Source of the DNA: Nitrospinota bacterium
GTDB taxonomy: Bacteria; Nitrospinota_A; UBA7883; JACRLM01
Assembly (NCBI GenBank): GCA_016208975.1
Contig: JACQXA010000004.1
Location: 681,015-745,014, forward strand
Direction of reading: 5' to 3'
DNA: 64,000 nt
Part shown: one piece after another, positions 49,611 through 60,607 of the stretch
How the letters are laid out: each line of letters begins with the position of its first letter
Numbering within the stretch: position 1 is the stretch's first letter
Position numbers and translations under genes: made by a program
The notes under the pieces: model-generated
The model's input: the letters and a program-made list of their open reading frames with translations, nothing else
What the model was told of the DNA's origin: nothing
The model's database searches: none

Positions 49611-50174
49611 TTAAAACTTCAGAAAATTCGCCAGAAGCTCTTTGCCATGGTCGGTCATTATGGATTCCGGGTGGAACTGCACCCCCTCGGTGGGGGCGGT
49701 CTTGTGCCTGATACCCATTATCTCCCCATCCTCCGAGCGGCTGGTTATCTCGAAAATGTCCGGCAGAGTGGCCTCGTCGGCCACCAGCGAGTGATACCGT
49801 GTGGCCCGGAACGGGTTGGGAAGCCCCCGGTAAACCCCTTTTCCGTCATGATGGACCATGCAGGTTTTGCCGTGCATCAGTGTTTTGGCCTTCACCACCA
49901 GGCCGCCGTAAGCCGCCGTCATGGACTGGTGCCCCAGGCACACCCCCAGGATGGGGATTTTCCCGGTAAAGGTCTTTATAACATCCACCGAAATGCCCGC
50001 CTCTTTAGGGGTTTTGGGCCCGGGGGAGATTACTATCCGCTCCGGCGCGGCCCTTTCTATTTCAGAAATCGACAGGGCGTCGTTCCTGGCCACCTTCACC
50101 TCCTGCCCCAGTTCTATCAGATATTGGGCAAGGTTGTAGGTGAATGAATCGTAATTGTCTATAAGCAGTAACAT
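49611..50174 (-). CDS. trpG: Anthranilate synthase component II (glutamine amidotransferase)
   Basis: GVCLGHQ catalytic Cys block, HPES His block. Confidence 0.85.
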   Translation of the reverse strand: MLLLIDNYDSFTYNLAQYLIELGQEVKVARNDALSISEIERAAPERIVISPGPKTPKEAGISVDVIKTFTGKIPILGVCLGHQSMTAAYGGLVVKAKTLMHGKTCMVHHDGKGVYRGLPNPFRATRYHSLVADEATLPDIFEITSRSEDGEIMGIRHKTAPTEGVQFHPESIMTDHGKELLANFLKF

Positions 50175-50282
50175 CCGCGCCTCTTATGGCAATATGGTTG
50201 GGGATAGTATATGATTATTGAAGGTTATTTTGAAGCCGGACTGATAATTCTTTTGGCTCTCAGCCACTGATTTTTTAAATCC

Positions 50283-50861
50283 ATGAACCATAACGGCAAA
50301 GTGTTTGACGCGCGAAACTGGCGCAAGCTGGAATCCCCGGAGCGGCTTGAAAAAATGAATCCCGAAAAACTGGCCGCCGCCATGGGCCTTACCGGCGCCG
50401 AAAGCGTTTTGGACCTGGGGTGTGGAACAGGGTTTTTCGCCGCGCCTGTGGCAAGGATCTGCGCCAAACTGTACGGTGTGGACATCTCGCCGGAGATGCT
50501 TTCCATATTCGGGGAAAAGCTGAAGAACGGGTCTTCGCCAAACGTGGAGCTATTGCTGGGAAACGGCAAGACCATCCCCCTGGAAGATGGCGCCCTTGAC
50601 GTGGTTTTCCACGTGAACCTTTTTCACGAGATAGACGACCACAAAGCCTTCCATGCGGAAATAACAAGGGTTTTAAAACCCGGCGGCAGGCTCTTTACCG
50701 TGGACTGGCGCGCCATAGAGACCGAAGGCGGCCCGCCGCTCTCCCACAGGATACCCGAGGATAAGGCCGAAGAATCGCTTAAGCGGGACGGATTTTCATC
50801 CATCCGCCATATCAACATTTACGACAGCCAATATGTGATAGGGGCCGAGGCTTCAAAATGA
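50283..50861 (+). CDS. Class I SAM-dependent methyltransferase
   Basis: VLDLGCGTG motif. Confidence 0.75.
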   Translation: MNHNGKVFDARNWRKLESPERLEKMNPEKLAAAMGLTGAESVLDLGCGTGFFAAPVARICAKLYGVDISPEMLSIFGEKLKNGSSPNVELLLGNGKTIPLEDGALDVVFHVNLFHEIDDHKAFHAEITRVLKPGGRLFTVDWRAIETEGGPPLSHRIPEDKAEESLKRDGFSSIRHINIYDSQYVIGAEASK

Positions 50862-53065
50862 GTCCGGAGAAAAGCCAGCCCGTGGCCGGGCAAACAGCCT
50901 CACCATCTCACGGGAAAGAGGGCATGAAACCGCTGAGCCACAGCCACAATGCGTTGAGGCTGATGGCCATCACGGCCATCGCCATTTTCATCGCCGAAGG
51001 GTTGGTGATGTTCGTCCTGGCCCACTTGCCGCCGTTGCCCCCGCCAGTTACCGGCACGCTGGACGCGGCTTTGTTGACCGCCATAATCCTGCCTGCACTG
51101 TACAAGTTCTTCTACCAGCCTCTTATGAGACATGTAACAGAGCGGCTGGCCGCCGAAGACAAACTGCTTGAAAGCCAGCACAGGCTTGAACGGGCCCAGA
51201 AAACCGCCAAGCTCGGCCTTTGGGAGTACGACATAGCCAAGGGGGAAATTATCCTCTCCAGCGGCACAAAGCTGATCCTCGGCGTGGCCGGCGAGTCCGA
51301 CAAAATGACAGTGGACGAGTATTTTTCCATAATCCACCCCGCCGACCGGGGGGTTGCGCGGCTGGCCATCATGGATTCACTGGACTACACAAAACCCATA
51401 AACCTGGACTACAGGGTAAAACCAGCCAATGGCGAAGAGCGGGTTGTGCACCACTACGCCGAAAACTTCTACGGGAAAGACGGCTCGCTGGAGCGGATGG
51501 TTGGCGCGCTAAAAGACATTACCGACCGGGCCAGGGCCAACGAGGACCTGGCGCGGCTGGCCATGGCCGTGGAGCAGGCCGATGAGGCCATAGTGATAAC
51601 CGACATAAGCGGGATCATCCAGTACGTAAATCCCGCTTTCGAGCGCATTACGGGTTATGCCAGAGCGGAGGCCATAGGCCAGAATCCGCGCATATTGAAA
51701 AGCGGCAAGCACGACCACCAGTATTACGCGAACATGTGGAAGACCATTTCCAGCGGTCACGTGTGGCGCGGGCACATCATAAACAAGAACAAGGCCGGGG
51801 AGCTATACGAGGACGAGGCAGTCATTTCCCCCCTGCTGGACAAGGCGGGCCGGATAATTAACTACGTAGCCGTAAAAAGGGATATTACCCGGGAAGTGGA
51901 GCTTGAAAAACAGGTGCGCCACTCGCAGAAGATGGAGGCCATGGGGGCGCTGGCGGGCGGCATAGCGCATGACTTCAACAACATCCTCTCGTCCATAATC
52001 GGCTACACCGAGATGGCGATGGACTCCATACCGGAGCGGTTCGAGGCGCAGGACGACCTGAGGGAAGTGTTAAGGGCCGGCCGCAGAGCCCGGGACCTTA
52101 TCAAGCAGATCCTCACTTTCAGCCGTCAAAGCGAAAAGGACATGCGGCCCATACTGCCTCACATGATCATCCGGGAGTCGCTAAAGCTAATCCGGGCCTC
52201 CCTGCCCGCAAAGGTTAGTGTGCGCGAGGATATAGACGTCAACTCCGGCGTGGTATTGGCGGATCCGACGCAGTTGAACCAGGTGCTGTTAAACCTGATC
52301 TCCAACGCCAGCCATTCCATGAGCGCCCAGGGTGGCGAGATTAAAGTGGTCCTGGCCCATCGCGAAGTTAAAGAAACCATGCCCGCGGTGGCGGGGCTGA
52401 TACGCCCAGGTCAATACGTCACGCTCTGCGTGAGCGACATGGGACATGGCATAAGCAAAGAGGATATGGAGCGCATTTTCGAGCCGTTCTTCACAACCAA
52501 AGCACTGGGCGAGGGCACGGGGCTGGGGCTGGCGATAGTCCATGGCGTTATTACAAGCCACGATGGCGCCATTACGGTGGAAAGCGAACCGGAAAAAGGC
52601 TCCACGTTCTGCGTTTACCTCCCCCGGATAGAGGCCACCGCCGAGATAGAAGTGGAAATGGGAGGTGAAACGCCCAGGGGGACGGAGACCATAATGGTTG
52701 TGGACGATGAGGAGCCTGTGGTGAAGGTACTCAAACGCTCCCTGGCCAGACTGGGCTACAAGGTGGAGGCTTTCACCGATCCGCTGGCGGCCCTGGACTT
52801 CTTCAACAGCGCCCCGGAGAGGTTTGACCTTGTGATAACAGACCACTCGATGCCGAAGCTTTCCGGCCTGATGATGGTGGAGCGGATGGTGGCCACGCGG
52901 CCGGACATTCCGGTGGTGATCCTCACCGGGGCAAGCTCGGTGGTGTCGCTGGAACAGGCCAACACCCTGGGCATCCGGGGGGTAATAAACAAACCCGTCA
53001 CCAACGCGGAACTGGCCTCGGTGGTCCGCCGGGCCATGGACGGCGATTCGAACATAAGCAACTAG
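50858..53065 (+). CDS. Hybrid sensor histidine kinase with PAS domains and C-terminal receiver
   Basis: N-terminal TM helices, PAS-like segments, H-box [10 protein letters not shown], HATPase GTGLGLAIV, receiver MVVDDEEPV...DHSMP. Confidence 0.85.
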   Translation: MSPEKSQPVAGQTASPSHGKEGMKPLSHSHNALRLMAITAIAIFIAEGLVMFVLAHLPPLPPPVTGTLDAALLTAIILPALYKFFYQPLMRHVTERLAAEDKLLESQHRLERAQKTAKLGLWEYDIAKGEIILSSGTKLILGVAGESDKMTVDEYFSIIHPADRGVARLAIMDSLDYTKPINLDYRVKPANGEERVVHHYAENFYGKDGSLERMVGALKDITDRARANEDLARLAMAVEQADEAIVITDISGIIQYVNPAFERITGYARAEAIGQNPRILKSGKHDHQYYANMWKTISSGHVWRGHIINKNKAGELYEDEAVISPLLDKAGRIINYVAVKRDITREVELEKQVRHSQKMEAMGALAGGIAHDFNNILSSIIGYTEMAMDSIPERFEAQDDLREVLRAGRRARDLIKQILTFSRQSEKDMRPILPHMIIRESLKLIRASLPAKVSVREDIDVNSGVVLADPTQLNQVLLNLISNASHSMSAQGGEIKVVLAHREVKETMPAVAGLIRPGQYVTLCVSDMGHGISKEDMERIFEPFFTTKALGEGTGLGLAIVHGVITSHDGAITVESEPEKGSTFCVYLPRIEATAEIEVEMGGETPRGTETIMVVDDEEPVVKVLKRSLARLGYKVEAFTDPLAALDFFNSAPERFDLVITDHSMPKLSGLMMVERMVATRPDIPVVILTGASSVVSLEQANTLGIRGVINKPVTNAELASVVRRAMDGDSNISN

Positions 53066-53162
53066 CCCGCCACCGTTCTCCGCTCTTTTTTTCTTGCCTT
53101 GCGCCTTGGCGCCTTATAATACCGGCAAGGGGACTAATTATAACCAGGTCAGGAGGGTAGTC

Positions 53163-53960
53163 ATGTCCGGCACGCTAACGGTAATTATCGTCCTAGCCAT
53201 TATCACGGCCTCTTCCATCCGCATTTTGAACGAATATGAACGGGGCGTCATATTCCGCCTGGGCCGTTATTACAAGGTAAAGGGGCCAGGCATGATAATA
53301 GTCTGGCCAGTGATAGATAAGATGGTGCGCATTTCCCTTCGCCTTGTGGCGCTCGATGTGCCCCCGCAAGACATCATAACGCGGGACAACGTGTCCATGA
53401 AGGTCAATGCGGTGGTCTATTTTAAAGTGGTGGAGCCGGAGAAGGCCGTCATCCAGGTTCAGGATTATTTTTACGCCACGGGCCAGCTTTCGCAAACCTC
53501 ACTACGGTCCGTGCTGGGGCAGGTGGATCTGGACTCCATCCTGGCCGAGCGGGACAAGATAAACCACGAACTGCAAGCCATTCTGGACAAGCGGACAGAC
53601 CCGTGGGGCATAAAGGTGAGCAACGTTGAGATAAAACATGTGGACCTGCCCGCCGAGATGCAACGGGCCATGGCCAAACAGGCCGAGGCCGAACGGGAAC
53701 GGCGCGCCAAGGTGATCAACTCCCTCGGCGAATTTGAGGCGGCCGCAAAGCTGGCCGAAGCGGCGGAGATCATTTCCGGCCGCCCTGCCGCGCTCACATT
53801 GCGTTATCTGCAAACATTACGCGAGATGTCCTCGGAACACACCACGAACACCATCATTCCGCTTCCCATCGAGATCGTGGAGCCGTTCCTGCACTCCATG
53901 CGGCAGGCCGCTAATAAAGCTGGCGGCACAAGGGCCGGTCAGCAATCCTCGGAAGCGTAA
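53163..53960 (+). CDS. SPFH/band-7 (stomatin-like) protein
   Basis: N-terminal TM helix then SPFH body, coiled-coil C-terminus; SD ggaggg. Confidence 0.8.
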   Translation: MSGTLTVIIVLAIITASSIRILNEYERGVIFRLGRYYKVKGPGMIIVWPVIDKMVRISLRLVALDVPPQDIITRDNVSMKVNAVVYFKVVEPEKAVIQVQDYFYATGQLSQTSLRSVLGQVDLDSILAERDKINHELQAILDKRTDPWGIKVSNVEIKHVDLPAEMQRAMAKQAEAERERRAKVINSLGEFEAAAKLAEAAEIISGRPAALTLRYLQTLREMSSEHTTNTIIPLPIEIVEPFLHSMRQAANKAGGTRAGQQSSEA

Positions 53961-54496
53961 AAGCTCACAAGGGTATCGCCGTATTTGCGGGATCGGGTAA
54001 GGCGAAGAGGCAAACCCCCTTCCGTTCCCGGCGGCGCGTGCCTTGCGCTGGATTCCATGACCAACGCGCCCCCTTTCGAAAGGACGGGGGCGGCTTCTTC
54101 CACGATCCGGGTTTCGTATCCCGCGTCCCACGGGGGATCGGCGTAGATTATGTCGAAATTGTAACCGCCTCTGGCCAAGCCGGCCAGCGCCTGAAAAACG
54201 TCGGCTTTCATAAGGGTGATGGCCGGTGAGCCTTCAAGCCTCAGCTTTTTGAGGTTCCGCTCCACCAGGTCCATCCGCCGGTTTTCCACCAGCGTCACCC
54301 GGGCCGCCCCTCTGGACATGGCCTCCAGCCCCATGGCGCCGGATCCGGCGAAGAGGTCCAGAAACGATGCGCCCGCCACTTTTTCGCCAAGAATGTTGAA
54401 GATGGCCTGTTTGACCTTGTCGGGAGTGGGGCGCACGTCCAGCCCTTTGGATGTGAACAACGTGGCGCCGCGATAAGCGCCTCCGGTGACTCGCAT
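53939..54496 (-). CDS. rsmD: 16S rRNA (guanine966-N2)-methyltransferase RsmD
   Basis: [14 protein letters not shown] and DPPW motifs. Confidence 0.85.
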   Translation of the reverse strand: MRVTGGAYRGATLFTSKGLDVRPTPDKVKQAIFNILGEKVAGASFLDLFAGSGAMGLEAMSRGAARVTLVENRRMDLVERNLKKLRLEGSPAITLMKADVFQALAGLARGGYNFDIIYADPPWDAGYETRIVEEAAPVLSKGGALVMESSARHAPPGTEGGLPLRLTRSRKYGDTLVSFYASEDC

Positions 54497-54508
54497 GGCG
54501 GGCCTTTT

Positions 54509-54874
54509 TTAGCCCCTCCTTTTGGCCGTAGCGTTTTTCCGGCCCACCAGCACCGCGTCAACCATGGCCACAAGCCACACCGCCAGCGCGCCGGAAAGTA
54601 TCCACAAAAGCTTTTTTAGCCCGTCTATGAACTGGTCGTCCACGGTGGGGGCCCTGCCGCTCATTATGGCCTGATGCACAGGCGACGCGATGACAGCCAG
54701 CTGGAAGAAAAAGGCTATGGCGATGAGGACAGACACCCCCACGATTATCCAGCCTTTCACCTTCTGGTTGTTAGCCAGCTGGCCCGCGCCGGGAAACACG
54801 ATTGACAGGATAATCAACACCCCTATGGGCGGCAGATCCGTTTTTCCGGCAGGACCGGGCTGTTTCATCGCCAC
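54509..54874 (-). CDS. Hypothetical membrane protein
   Basis: 121 aa, three hydrophobic helices, operonic spacing. Confidence 0.5.
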   Translation of the reverse strand: MAMKQPGPAGKTDLPPIGVLIILSIVFPGAGQLANNQKVKGWIIVGVSVLIAIAFFFQLAVIASPVHQAIMSGRAPTVDDQFIDGLKKLLWILSGALAVWLVAMVDAVLVGRKNATAKRRG

Positions 54875-54875
54875 G

Positions 54876-55805
54876 TTACGCTATCTCGCCGCTGACGTCT
54901 TCGAAATGGGTGAGCCGCCGGAACCGCTGGAACCGCTGGGCTATCTCCTTGCGCTCCAGCTCCTTCAGCCTGTCCACCGAGAATTTCTCGACGGTGAACG
55001 ACGCCATGACCGAGCCCATGATGATGGCCTGCCTCAAACGGGTCTCGTTAAACTGCCCGTCACCCATGCGGGCCACATGCCCCATGAATCCGCCCGCGAA
55101 GGTGTCCCCGGCGCCGGTGGGGTCGAACACCTCCTCCAGCGGATAAGCGGGGGCGGCGAAAATCTCCCCATCGTGAAACAGCAGGGCGCCATATTCGCCC
55201 CGTTTTACGATAAGGGTTTTCGGGCCCATACCCATGATCCCCCGGGCGGCTTTCACCAGGTTGGCCTCACCGGCCAGCTGGCGCGCCTCGCCCTCGTTTA
55301 TCACCAATATGTGGACCCGTTTAAGGGTTTTCAACAGTTCATCGCGGGCTCCCTGTATCCAGAAATTCATGGTGTCGCAGGCGATGAGCCTGGGATTTTT
55401 CACCTGGTCCAGAACTTTTTGCTGGAGCTTGGGGTCTATATTGGCCAGGAACACATACTCAGAATTTTTATAGTCCTCGGGTAAAGTGGGGTCGAAATCC
55501 AGGAGGACGTTAAGATGTGTCTCCAGGGTCTTGGCCTCGTTGAGGTCGAACCCGTACTCCCCCTTCCAGTGGAAAGACTTCCCGCTGGAGCGTTGCACCC
55601 CTTTCAAGTCGATGCCGTTTTTTTCCAGCATGCCGATGTCACCATCGCCAAAATCGCTCCCGATCACCGCCACCAGGTTCACCTTTGTAAAATAACTTGC
55701 GGACAGCGAAAAATAAGTGGCGGACCCGCCCAGCGCCCAGTCCCGCTGGCCGAAGGGGGTTTTCACCGAATCGTAGGCCATGGTGCCGACGACGAGAAGG
55801 CTCAT
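54876..55805 (-). CDS. PfkB-family carbohydrate/nucleoside kinase
   Basis: Ribokinase-like GG dipeptide and DPTGAGDTFAGG motif. Confidence 0.8.
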   Translation of the reverse strand: MSLLVVGTMAYDSVKTPFGQRDWALGGSATYFSLSASYFTKVNLVAVIGSDFGDGDIGMLEKNGIDLKGVQRSSGKSFHWKGEYGFDLNEAKTLETHLNVLLDFDPTLPEDYKNSEYVFLANIDPKLQQKVLDQVKNPRLIACDTMNFWIQGARDELLKTLKRVHILVINEGEARQLAGEANLVKAARGIMGMGPKTLIVKRGEYGALLFHDGEIFAAPAYPLEEVFDPTGAGDTFAGGFMGHVARMGDGQFNETRLRQAIIMGSVMASFTVEKFSVDRLKELERKEIAQRFQRFRRLTHFEDVSGEIA

Positions 55806-55835
55806 TACGATAGTCTCCTGAAATAGTGTTAGCGG

Positions 55836-56345
55836 TTAGTTCTTGCCTTCTTCGGGCAATGGCCAATGGTCAAAATACATCATGGATGTTTTTTTGAACT
55901 CCCTGGTGGAGAAGAGGACGTCGTAGTCTTTTATCCCCGTCTCTTCGGCCATGCGTTTGGCTATCTGTTTCACCTCGTCTTCCGACTCCCCGTGGATCAT
56001 GGTGAACAGGTGGAACGGCCAGTCCTCAAACGACGGGCGCTCGTAGGCGTGGCTCACCTCGGGCCGGTTGGAAAGAAGCTCCCCAAGCCGCTGGCGGTCC
56101 GCCGCGTCGGGAACGCTCCACACCCCCATGCCATTGGCGGTGAAACCGGCTTTCTGGTGACGGAGGGTTGCGCCAAACCTTCTATAATATTTCTTCCCGG
56201 CGTACTCCCTGGTCTTGGCGATAACATCTTCTTCGGCGATTCCCAGTTTATCGGCGATGGACTTGAAGGGGTTCTTCGTCATGGGCAGGCTCCGCTGAAG
56301 CTCGGCCATTATCCTCACGTCGTAAGCGGTGATCTCTTTTTTCAT
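55836..56345 (-). CDS. Siroheme decarboxylase subunit, AhbB/NirH-like (Lrp/AsnC fold)
   Basis: HAYERP...WPFHLFTMIHG block typical of the NirDLGH/AhbAB family. Confidence 0.7.
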   Translation of the reverse strand: MKKEITAYDVRIMAELQRSLPMTKNPFKSIADKLGIAEEDVIAKTREYAGKKYYRRFGATLRHQKAGFTANGMGVWSVPDAADRQRLGELLSNRPEVSHAYERPSFEDWPFHLFTMIHGESEDEVKQIAKRMAEETGIKDYDVLFSTREFKKTSMMYFDHWPLPEEGKN

Positions 56346-56346
56346 C

Positions 56347-56844
56347 TTACGCCACCTCCTCCAACTCTCCGGCCTTCTCCTTGAACTTGAAGTCCACCTT
56401 TATCTTGAACTTCTTTATCATGGGCATGTTCCTCACGGGCCCATAGCCGGAGTCCCGCTCTATCTCGCTCAGTGTCTTGTCCACCGTCCCGGTGTCCGGC
56501 GCGATAAGGGTGAACCACAAGTTGTATTCGTGGTTGCGCTGATAGTTGTGGGTGACGCCCGGATAACGGCTCACAACCTTGGCCACGTCGCCAATTTTAT
56601 CCTGCGGCACACGCATGGCGCACAGGGTGGAGGTCCAGCCCAGCCCGCGGCTGTCGAAGCTGGCGCCTATACGGCGAATGATGCCGGTGTCGTAAAGTTT
56701 CTTGACCCTCCCAAACGCCTCGTCCTCGCTTACGCCGATCTCCGCGCCTATGATGGCGTAGGGGGCGTGATCCACGGGGAACCGGGTTTGGATAATGTTC
56801 AGGATTTTCCTGTCTATCTCGTCCATCGGTAAAATACTCCGCAA
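56347..56844 (-). CDS. Siroheme decarboxylase subunit, AhbA/NirD-like (Lrp/AsnC fold)
   Basis: N-terminal HTH (LDRKILNIIQ), NYQRNHEYNLWFTLIA block; 1 nt from partner gene. Confidence 0.7.
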   Translation of the reverse strand: MRSILPMDEIDRKILNIIQTRFPVDHAPYAIIGAEIGVSEDEAFGRVKKLYDTGIIRRIGASFDSRGLGWTSTLCAMRVPQDKIGDVAKVVSRYPGVTHNYQRNHEYNLWFTLIAPDTGTVDKTLSEIERDSGYGPVRNMPMIKKFKIKVDFKFKEKAGELEEVA

Positions 56845-56917
56845 ACAGCCGTTAATGTATCCGAAAGGATTTTATTTTAATACACTGGAGCCAAAAGGTA
56901 AAAGCAAGGAAGCTGGC

Positions 56918-57068
56918 GGTGGTGTCTCAGTTTGAATCTCAAATAATAGGCAGATCCATCACTTCACTTGCGTTTCGCTCAGGATGACAATGTTATCAAC
57001 GGCTTTTATATTGTAATTCTGGGCGTATGTGAAGAATCTCCCCTGCACTTTCAAACTGGGACACTACC
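56918..57068. repeat. MITE-like palindromic repeat, copy C
   Basis: 151 bp, near-identical to copy B with the same terminal inverted repeats. Confidence 0.55.
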
Positions 57069-57079
57069 AAGCCGGCGCT

Positions 57080-58459
57080 TCATTCCAGCCCGATGCCGCT
57101 TTGGGCCACAAGCTCGGCTTTCAACTCTTCCACCATGGCCGGATTGGCGGCGGCCAGGTTGGAGGTCTCGCCGGGGTCGCGCGACAGGTCGTAAAGCTCC
57201 GCCTTCCCCTCCGTGTCCGCGATCAGCTTGTAACCGCTTTTTATTATGGATAGCTCCTTGGTGGCTCCGCCCACCTGCTTGTAATAAGACAAGACCGGGC
57301 GATCTTCATAATTCACTTCGCCGGTATTCTCCATGATGGGCATCAGGCTTTTTCCGTCCACCCCCTCGACTGCCATCCCGAGGTAATCCAAAACCGTCGG
57401 CATTATATCGACAGACCGCACATATTCCGTTATTTCGCGGCCCCGGTCCTGGTTGGGCAGTTTGATAATCAGGGGGACATGCACCAGGGAGTTGTATAAC
57501 CCGTTTGACTGGCCGCCATGGGCGAAATACTTTTCATGGTCGGCGTTGTTCTCGCCATGGTCGGCGGTGATTATAAGCATCGCCTTGTCATAAAGCTTTT
57601 TCTCTTTGAGGAACTCTATGAAGCGGCCTATCTGGCAGTCGGCGTTATTTATCTCCGCGTCGTAGGCGGCGGTGTAAACGCGGGCGTCCGTATAATAACC
57701 GCCGCTGGCGGGACTGCCGAGAATCTCCCTGATGCCATAAGGTATCCTGTTGTAGTAAAGCAGGCCCATGCCGCCGTCGCCAGACTCGCCGAAATCCGAC
57801 ATCAACCGCTCCGGAGCCGAGATGAAAATCTCGTCGCCCACATAATCCGGGAAGAAATCGTTATTCGCGTCATATGGCCAGTGGGGCGCTAAAAGGCCGA
57901 TGAACATGAAGGTCTTTTGGTTCGACAGGTCGTGGCTGTCCAGCCATTCTATGGCTTGGTCCATGGCGGTGGCGTCACGGGTGTCTATCCCGTTCTCCGC
58001 CGAAGCGTACATATACTTATCCGAGAAACCGTTATGTAACGGCTCCACAAAAGCGTTGGTCTGCACCGAAACCGTGAGATAACCTTTTTCCGCAAGATAC
58101 TCGGGCAGTATCTTTCCGGTAAACGCTGATCCGTTGCGGTCGTTCATTTCATGATTGAAGGCATGTTTGGATAGCAGGATGGAGGCAAAAGATGGAAGCG
58201 TCCATGGGGCCGGGCTGATTGCGTTGAGGAAAACCATGGACTTTGGCGCAATGGATTCCAGGTTTGGGGAGGTGGCTCTGGCGTAACCGTGGATGGAAAG
58301 GTGGTCGGAACGCAACGTATCCACCACTATGAAGAAAATATGCGGTTGTTCCTCTTTGTTGAACACATAGGGCCCTTGGCTGTTGGATGACCCCCGTTCA
58401 CACGCCGGGGCCGCGGCGATTATCAGGGCGACAATAAGGTTGACGGCGATCCGCATCAA
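57080..58459 (-). CDS. Sulfatase-superfamily (alkaline-phosphatase-like) enzyme lacking the canonical C/S-x-P-x-R motif
   Basis: Signal peptide, metal-binding IFFIVVDTLRSDH block, ADHGE block; Thr-Leu-Pro-Ser-Phe where sulfatases carry Cys-x-Pro-x-Arg. Confidence 0.75.
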   Translation of the reverse strand: MMRIAVNLIVALIIAAAPACERGSSNSQGPYVFNKEEQPHIFFIVVDTLRSDHLSIHGYARATSPNLESIAPKSMVFLNAISPAPWTLPSFASILLSKHAFNHEMNDRNGSAFTGKILPEYLAEKGYLTVSVQTNAFVEPLHNGFSDKYMYASAENGIDTRDATAMDQAIEWLDSHDLSNQKTFMFIGLLAPHWPYDANNDFFPDYVGDEIFISAPERLMSDFGESGDGGMGLLYYNRIPYGIREILGSPASGGYYTDARVYTAAYDAEINNADCQIGRFIEFLKEKKLYDKAMLIITADHGENNADHEKYFAHGGQSNGLYNSLVHVPLIIKLPNQDRGREITEYVRSVDIMPTVLDYLGMAVEGVDGKSLMPIMENTGEVNYEDRPVLSYYKQVGGATKELSIIKSGYKLIADTEGKAELYDLSRDPGETSNLAAANPAMVEELKAELVAQSGIGLE

Positions 58460-58686
58460 TACGACCCCTTTACGCCATTTGCCAATAACATAGTTATTGA
58501 TTCCATTTTAATACGCCTTCGTTCAACACAATAGCGTTAGCGTAATGATGGAGCGCAGTAAATAACAGACTCGGCCACGTTGACTTGAACGTTGGCGCAA
58601 AGCTAGCATAGCCAATATGGGCGTTTTCCAATTAAGCAAGATAATCCACGGTTCGCTCCGTCGCGCCCCCAATTCGTCAATTCGTC

Positions 58687-60534
58687 TTGGAACGGGATAC
58701 GCCTGCGCTGGTTCATCAGATGATTGCCGGTAAAGCGCCAACTCACGGCGAGGGTAAGTTGTACACAACGGTTTTTGGGGCCGCATTTCTTTTTCGGCTT
58801 GCCCATCTGGCCCTCAGCGCGGGCAACCCCCTCTTGCGGATGCCCACGCTGGATGAAAGCTATTATATCGGCCTTGCCCGTTCCATCGCCAGCGGCTACA
58901 TCGTCGGGGAAAACCGTCTTTTCTTCATGGATCCACTCTATGGATATTTCCTTGGCGCCTTGTATTTTCTTTTCGGCGACGGGCTCATGCTCCCCAGGCT
59001 CATCCAGATGGTCATGGATTCCGCCTCCGCCGCCATCACGGCGCATATCGGGCTAAAAACCGGGGGGCGGTCCGTGGGCGTCATCAGCGGCATGTTGTAC
59101 GCCCTATACGGCCCGGCGGCGTTCTTTTCGCTCTTGACGTTAAAGACCACGCTTTCGGTGTTCCTGTCACTTCTATTCATATTGACGCTCCTGCGCGCCA
59201 TGGAGCGGGAGAGCGCAAGCCCTTGGGCTGGGGCCGGAATTTTGGGTGCTTTGGCCACATTATGCCGGGCGAACCTGATACTCATGCTACCGCTGGCGTG
59301 GCTGGCATCCCTCGCCGGCGTAAAAAAAAGGTGGCGCGCGAATTTGACCCACGGAATTGTTCTGACCCTGGCTTTTATGGCGGGCATCTCGCCAATCATA
59401 ATCCGCAGTCTCTACGTTTCCGGCGAAATCCAATTTCTACCCACACAAGGGGGCAGGCTCCTTTACGCATCCCAGAATCCTGACAATCTGACGGGACGCC
59501 ATAGAACACCGGCTTTCGCGCGGTCCGGCCCGGAAACCGCCGAGACGGATTTTCACCGGGAAGCGGAACGCAGGCTGGGGAAAAAGCTTTCACCCCCGGA
59601 GGTCTCAAAATACTGGCGTGGGGCGACAATCCGTTTCCTGGCGGAAAATCCCGCGATGGCTCCGGGCATCCTTTGGCGAAAGCTGAATATGATGGTTGCC
59701 GACTTCGAAATTCCCGACAACCATTCCTATCCCCAGGCGGCGCGGTTCTCGTGGGCGTTGCGTTTGCCGTTCCCAACTTTTGCGGCCCTGTTAGCCCTGG
59801 GGCTTCCCGGCCTGGCGATTGGGGCGTGGCGGGACCGCAGGTTCCTGGCGCTGACTATCCCGGTGATTGTGGCTTTCGCCACAATGCTGATTTTTTACCC
59901 TTCCGGGCGGTTCCGGATGGAGGCGACGCCTTTTCTGGCCATAGGCTCGGGCTTTTTAACGGTTTGGATCTGGAAACGTTATACGGAGCGCAGGTTTATA
60001 GCCATTGTAATGGCGGCGGTATTGTCCATCGGGCTTTTCGCATGGTCCAAGTCCGTTCCGCCTGTGGAGCCCTTAGCCGACGAGGCGTATTATCTGGCGA
60101 AGGCGTATGTCCACACTGGAGATTACAGGAAAGGCTATAAAACGGCGCTGGCCGGGGCGCGGGCTTTCCCGGACCAGTCGCGGTTCCGGGAGATCATGGG
60201 GCTTGCGGCCCTCACCGCCGGGGACGCAATGGAAGCCATCCGCCAGAACACCGAAGCGTTAAGGATGGACCCCAACTCCGCCGAAGCCCACCACAACCTG
60301 GGGCTGGCCTTTATAATGAAGGGGGATGCCGCCTCAGCGGTGGAATCTATTAAGCGCGCTTTGCTCATAGAGAACCGGGCCATAAGCCATTTGGCTTTGG
60401 CTAGAGCTTACAAAGCCCTGGGTCAAAAGGCTTCAGCCTTGGTGGAATACAAAACTTTCCTGGAAATGGCCAAACCAGGAGACCCGTTGCGGAAATCGGC
60501 GGAACAGGGCATGGTGAGCTTGGAACGCCAGTAG
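58687..60534 (+). CDS. GT39/ArnT-like membrane glycosyltransferase with C-terminal TPR repeats
   Basis: Multiple TM helices with early Asp-containing loop, C-terminal TPR-like helices (AEAHHNLGLAFIMKGDAASA). Confidence 0.7.
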   Translation: MERDTPALVHQMIAGKAPTHGEGKLYTTVFGAAFLFRLAHLALSAGNPLLRMPTLDESYYIGLARSIASGYIVGENRLFFMDPLYGYFLGALYFLFGDGLMLPRLIQMVMDSASAAITAHIGLKTGGRSVGVISGMLYALYGPAAFFSLLTLKTTLSVFLSLLFILTLLRAMERESASPWAGAGILGALATLCRANLILMLPLAWLASLAGVKKRWRANLTHGIVLTLAFMAGISPIIIRSLYVSGEIQFLPTQGGRLLYASQNPDNLTGRHRTPAFARSGPETAETDFHREAERRLGKKLSPPEVSKYWRGATIRFLAENPAMAPGILWRKLNMMVADFEIPDNHSYPQAARFSWALRLPFPTFAALLALGLPGLAIGAWRDRRFLALTIPVIVAFATMLIFYPSGRFRMEATPFLAIGSGFLTVWIWKRYTERRFIAIVMAAVLSIGLFAWSKSVPPVEPLADEAYYLAKAYVHTGDYRKGYKTALAGARAFPDQSRFREIMGLAALTAGDAMEAIRQNTEALRMDPNSAEAHHNLGLAFIMKGDAASAVESIKRALLIENRAISHLALARAYKALGQKASALVEYKTFLEMAKPGDPLRKSAEQGMVSLERQ

Positions 60535-60607
60535 CGAAACGTATAGTATTATTTTATTTTCATCGAACGCGCCATAAATTTGAGCGTTCGCAAAGGAGCT
60601 TCACGTT

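Noticed and set aside
50175-50282. Tryptophan attenuator/leader upstream of trpG
   Set aside because: No leader peptide with tandem Trp codons and no alternative terminator/antiterminator pairing seen.
53739-53746. Single GCGGCCGC site as evidence about the R-M specificity
   Set aside because: One occurrence in 64 kb of GC-rich DNA is uninformative without genome-wide counts.
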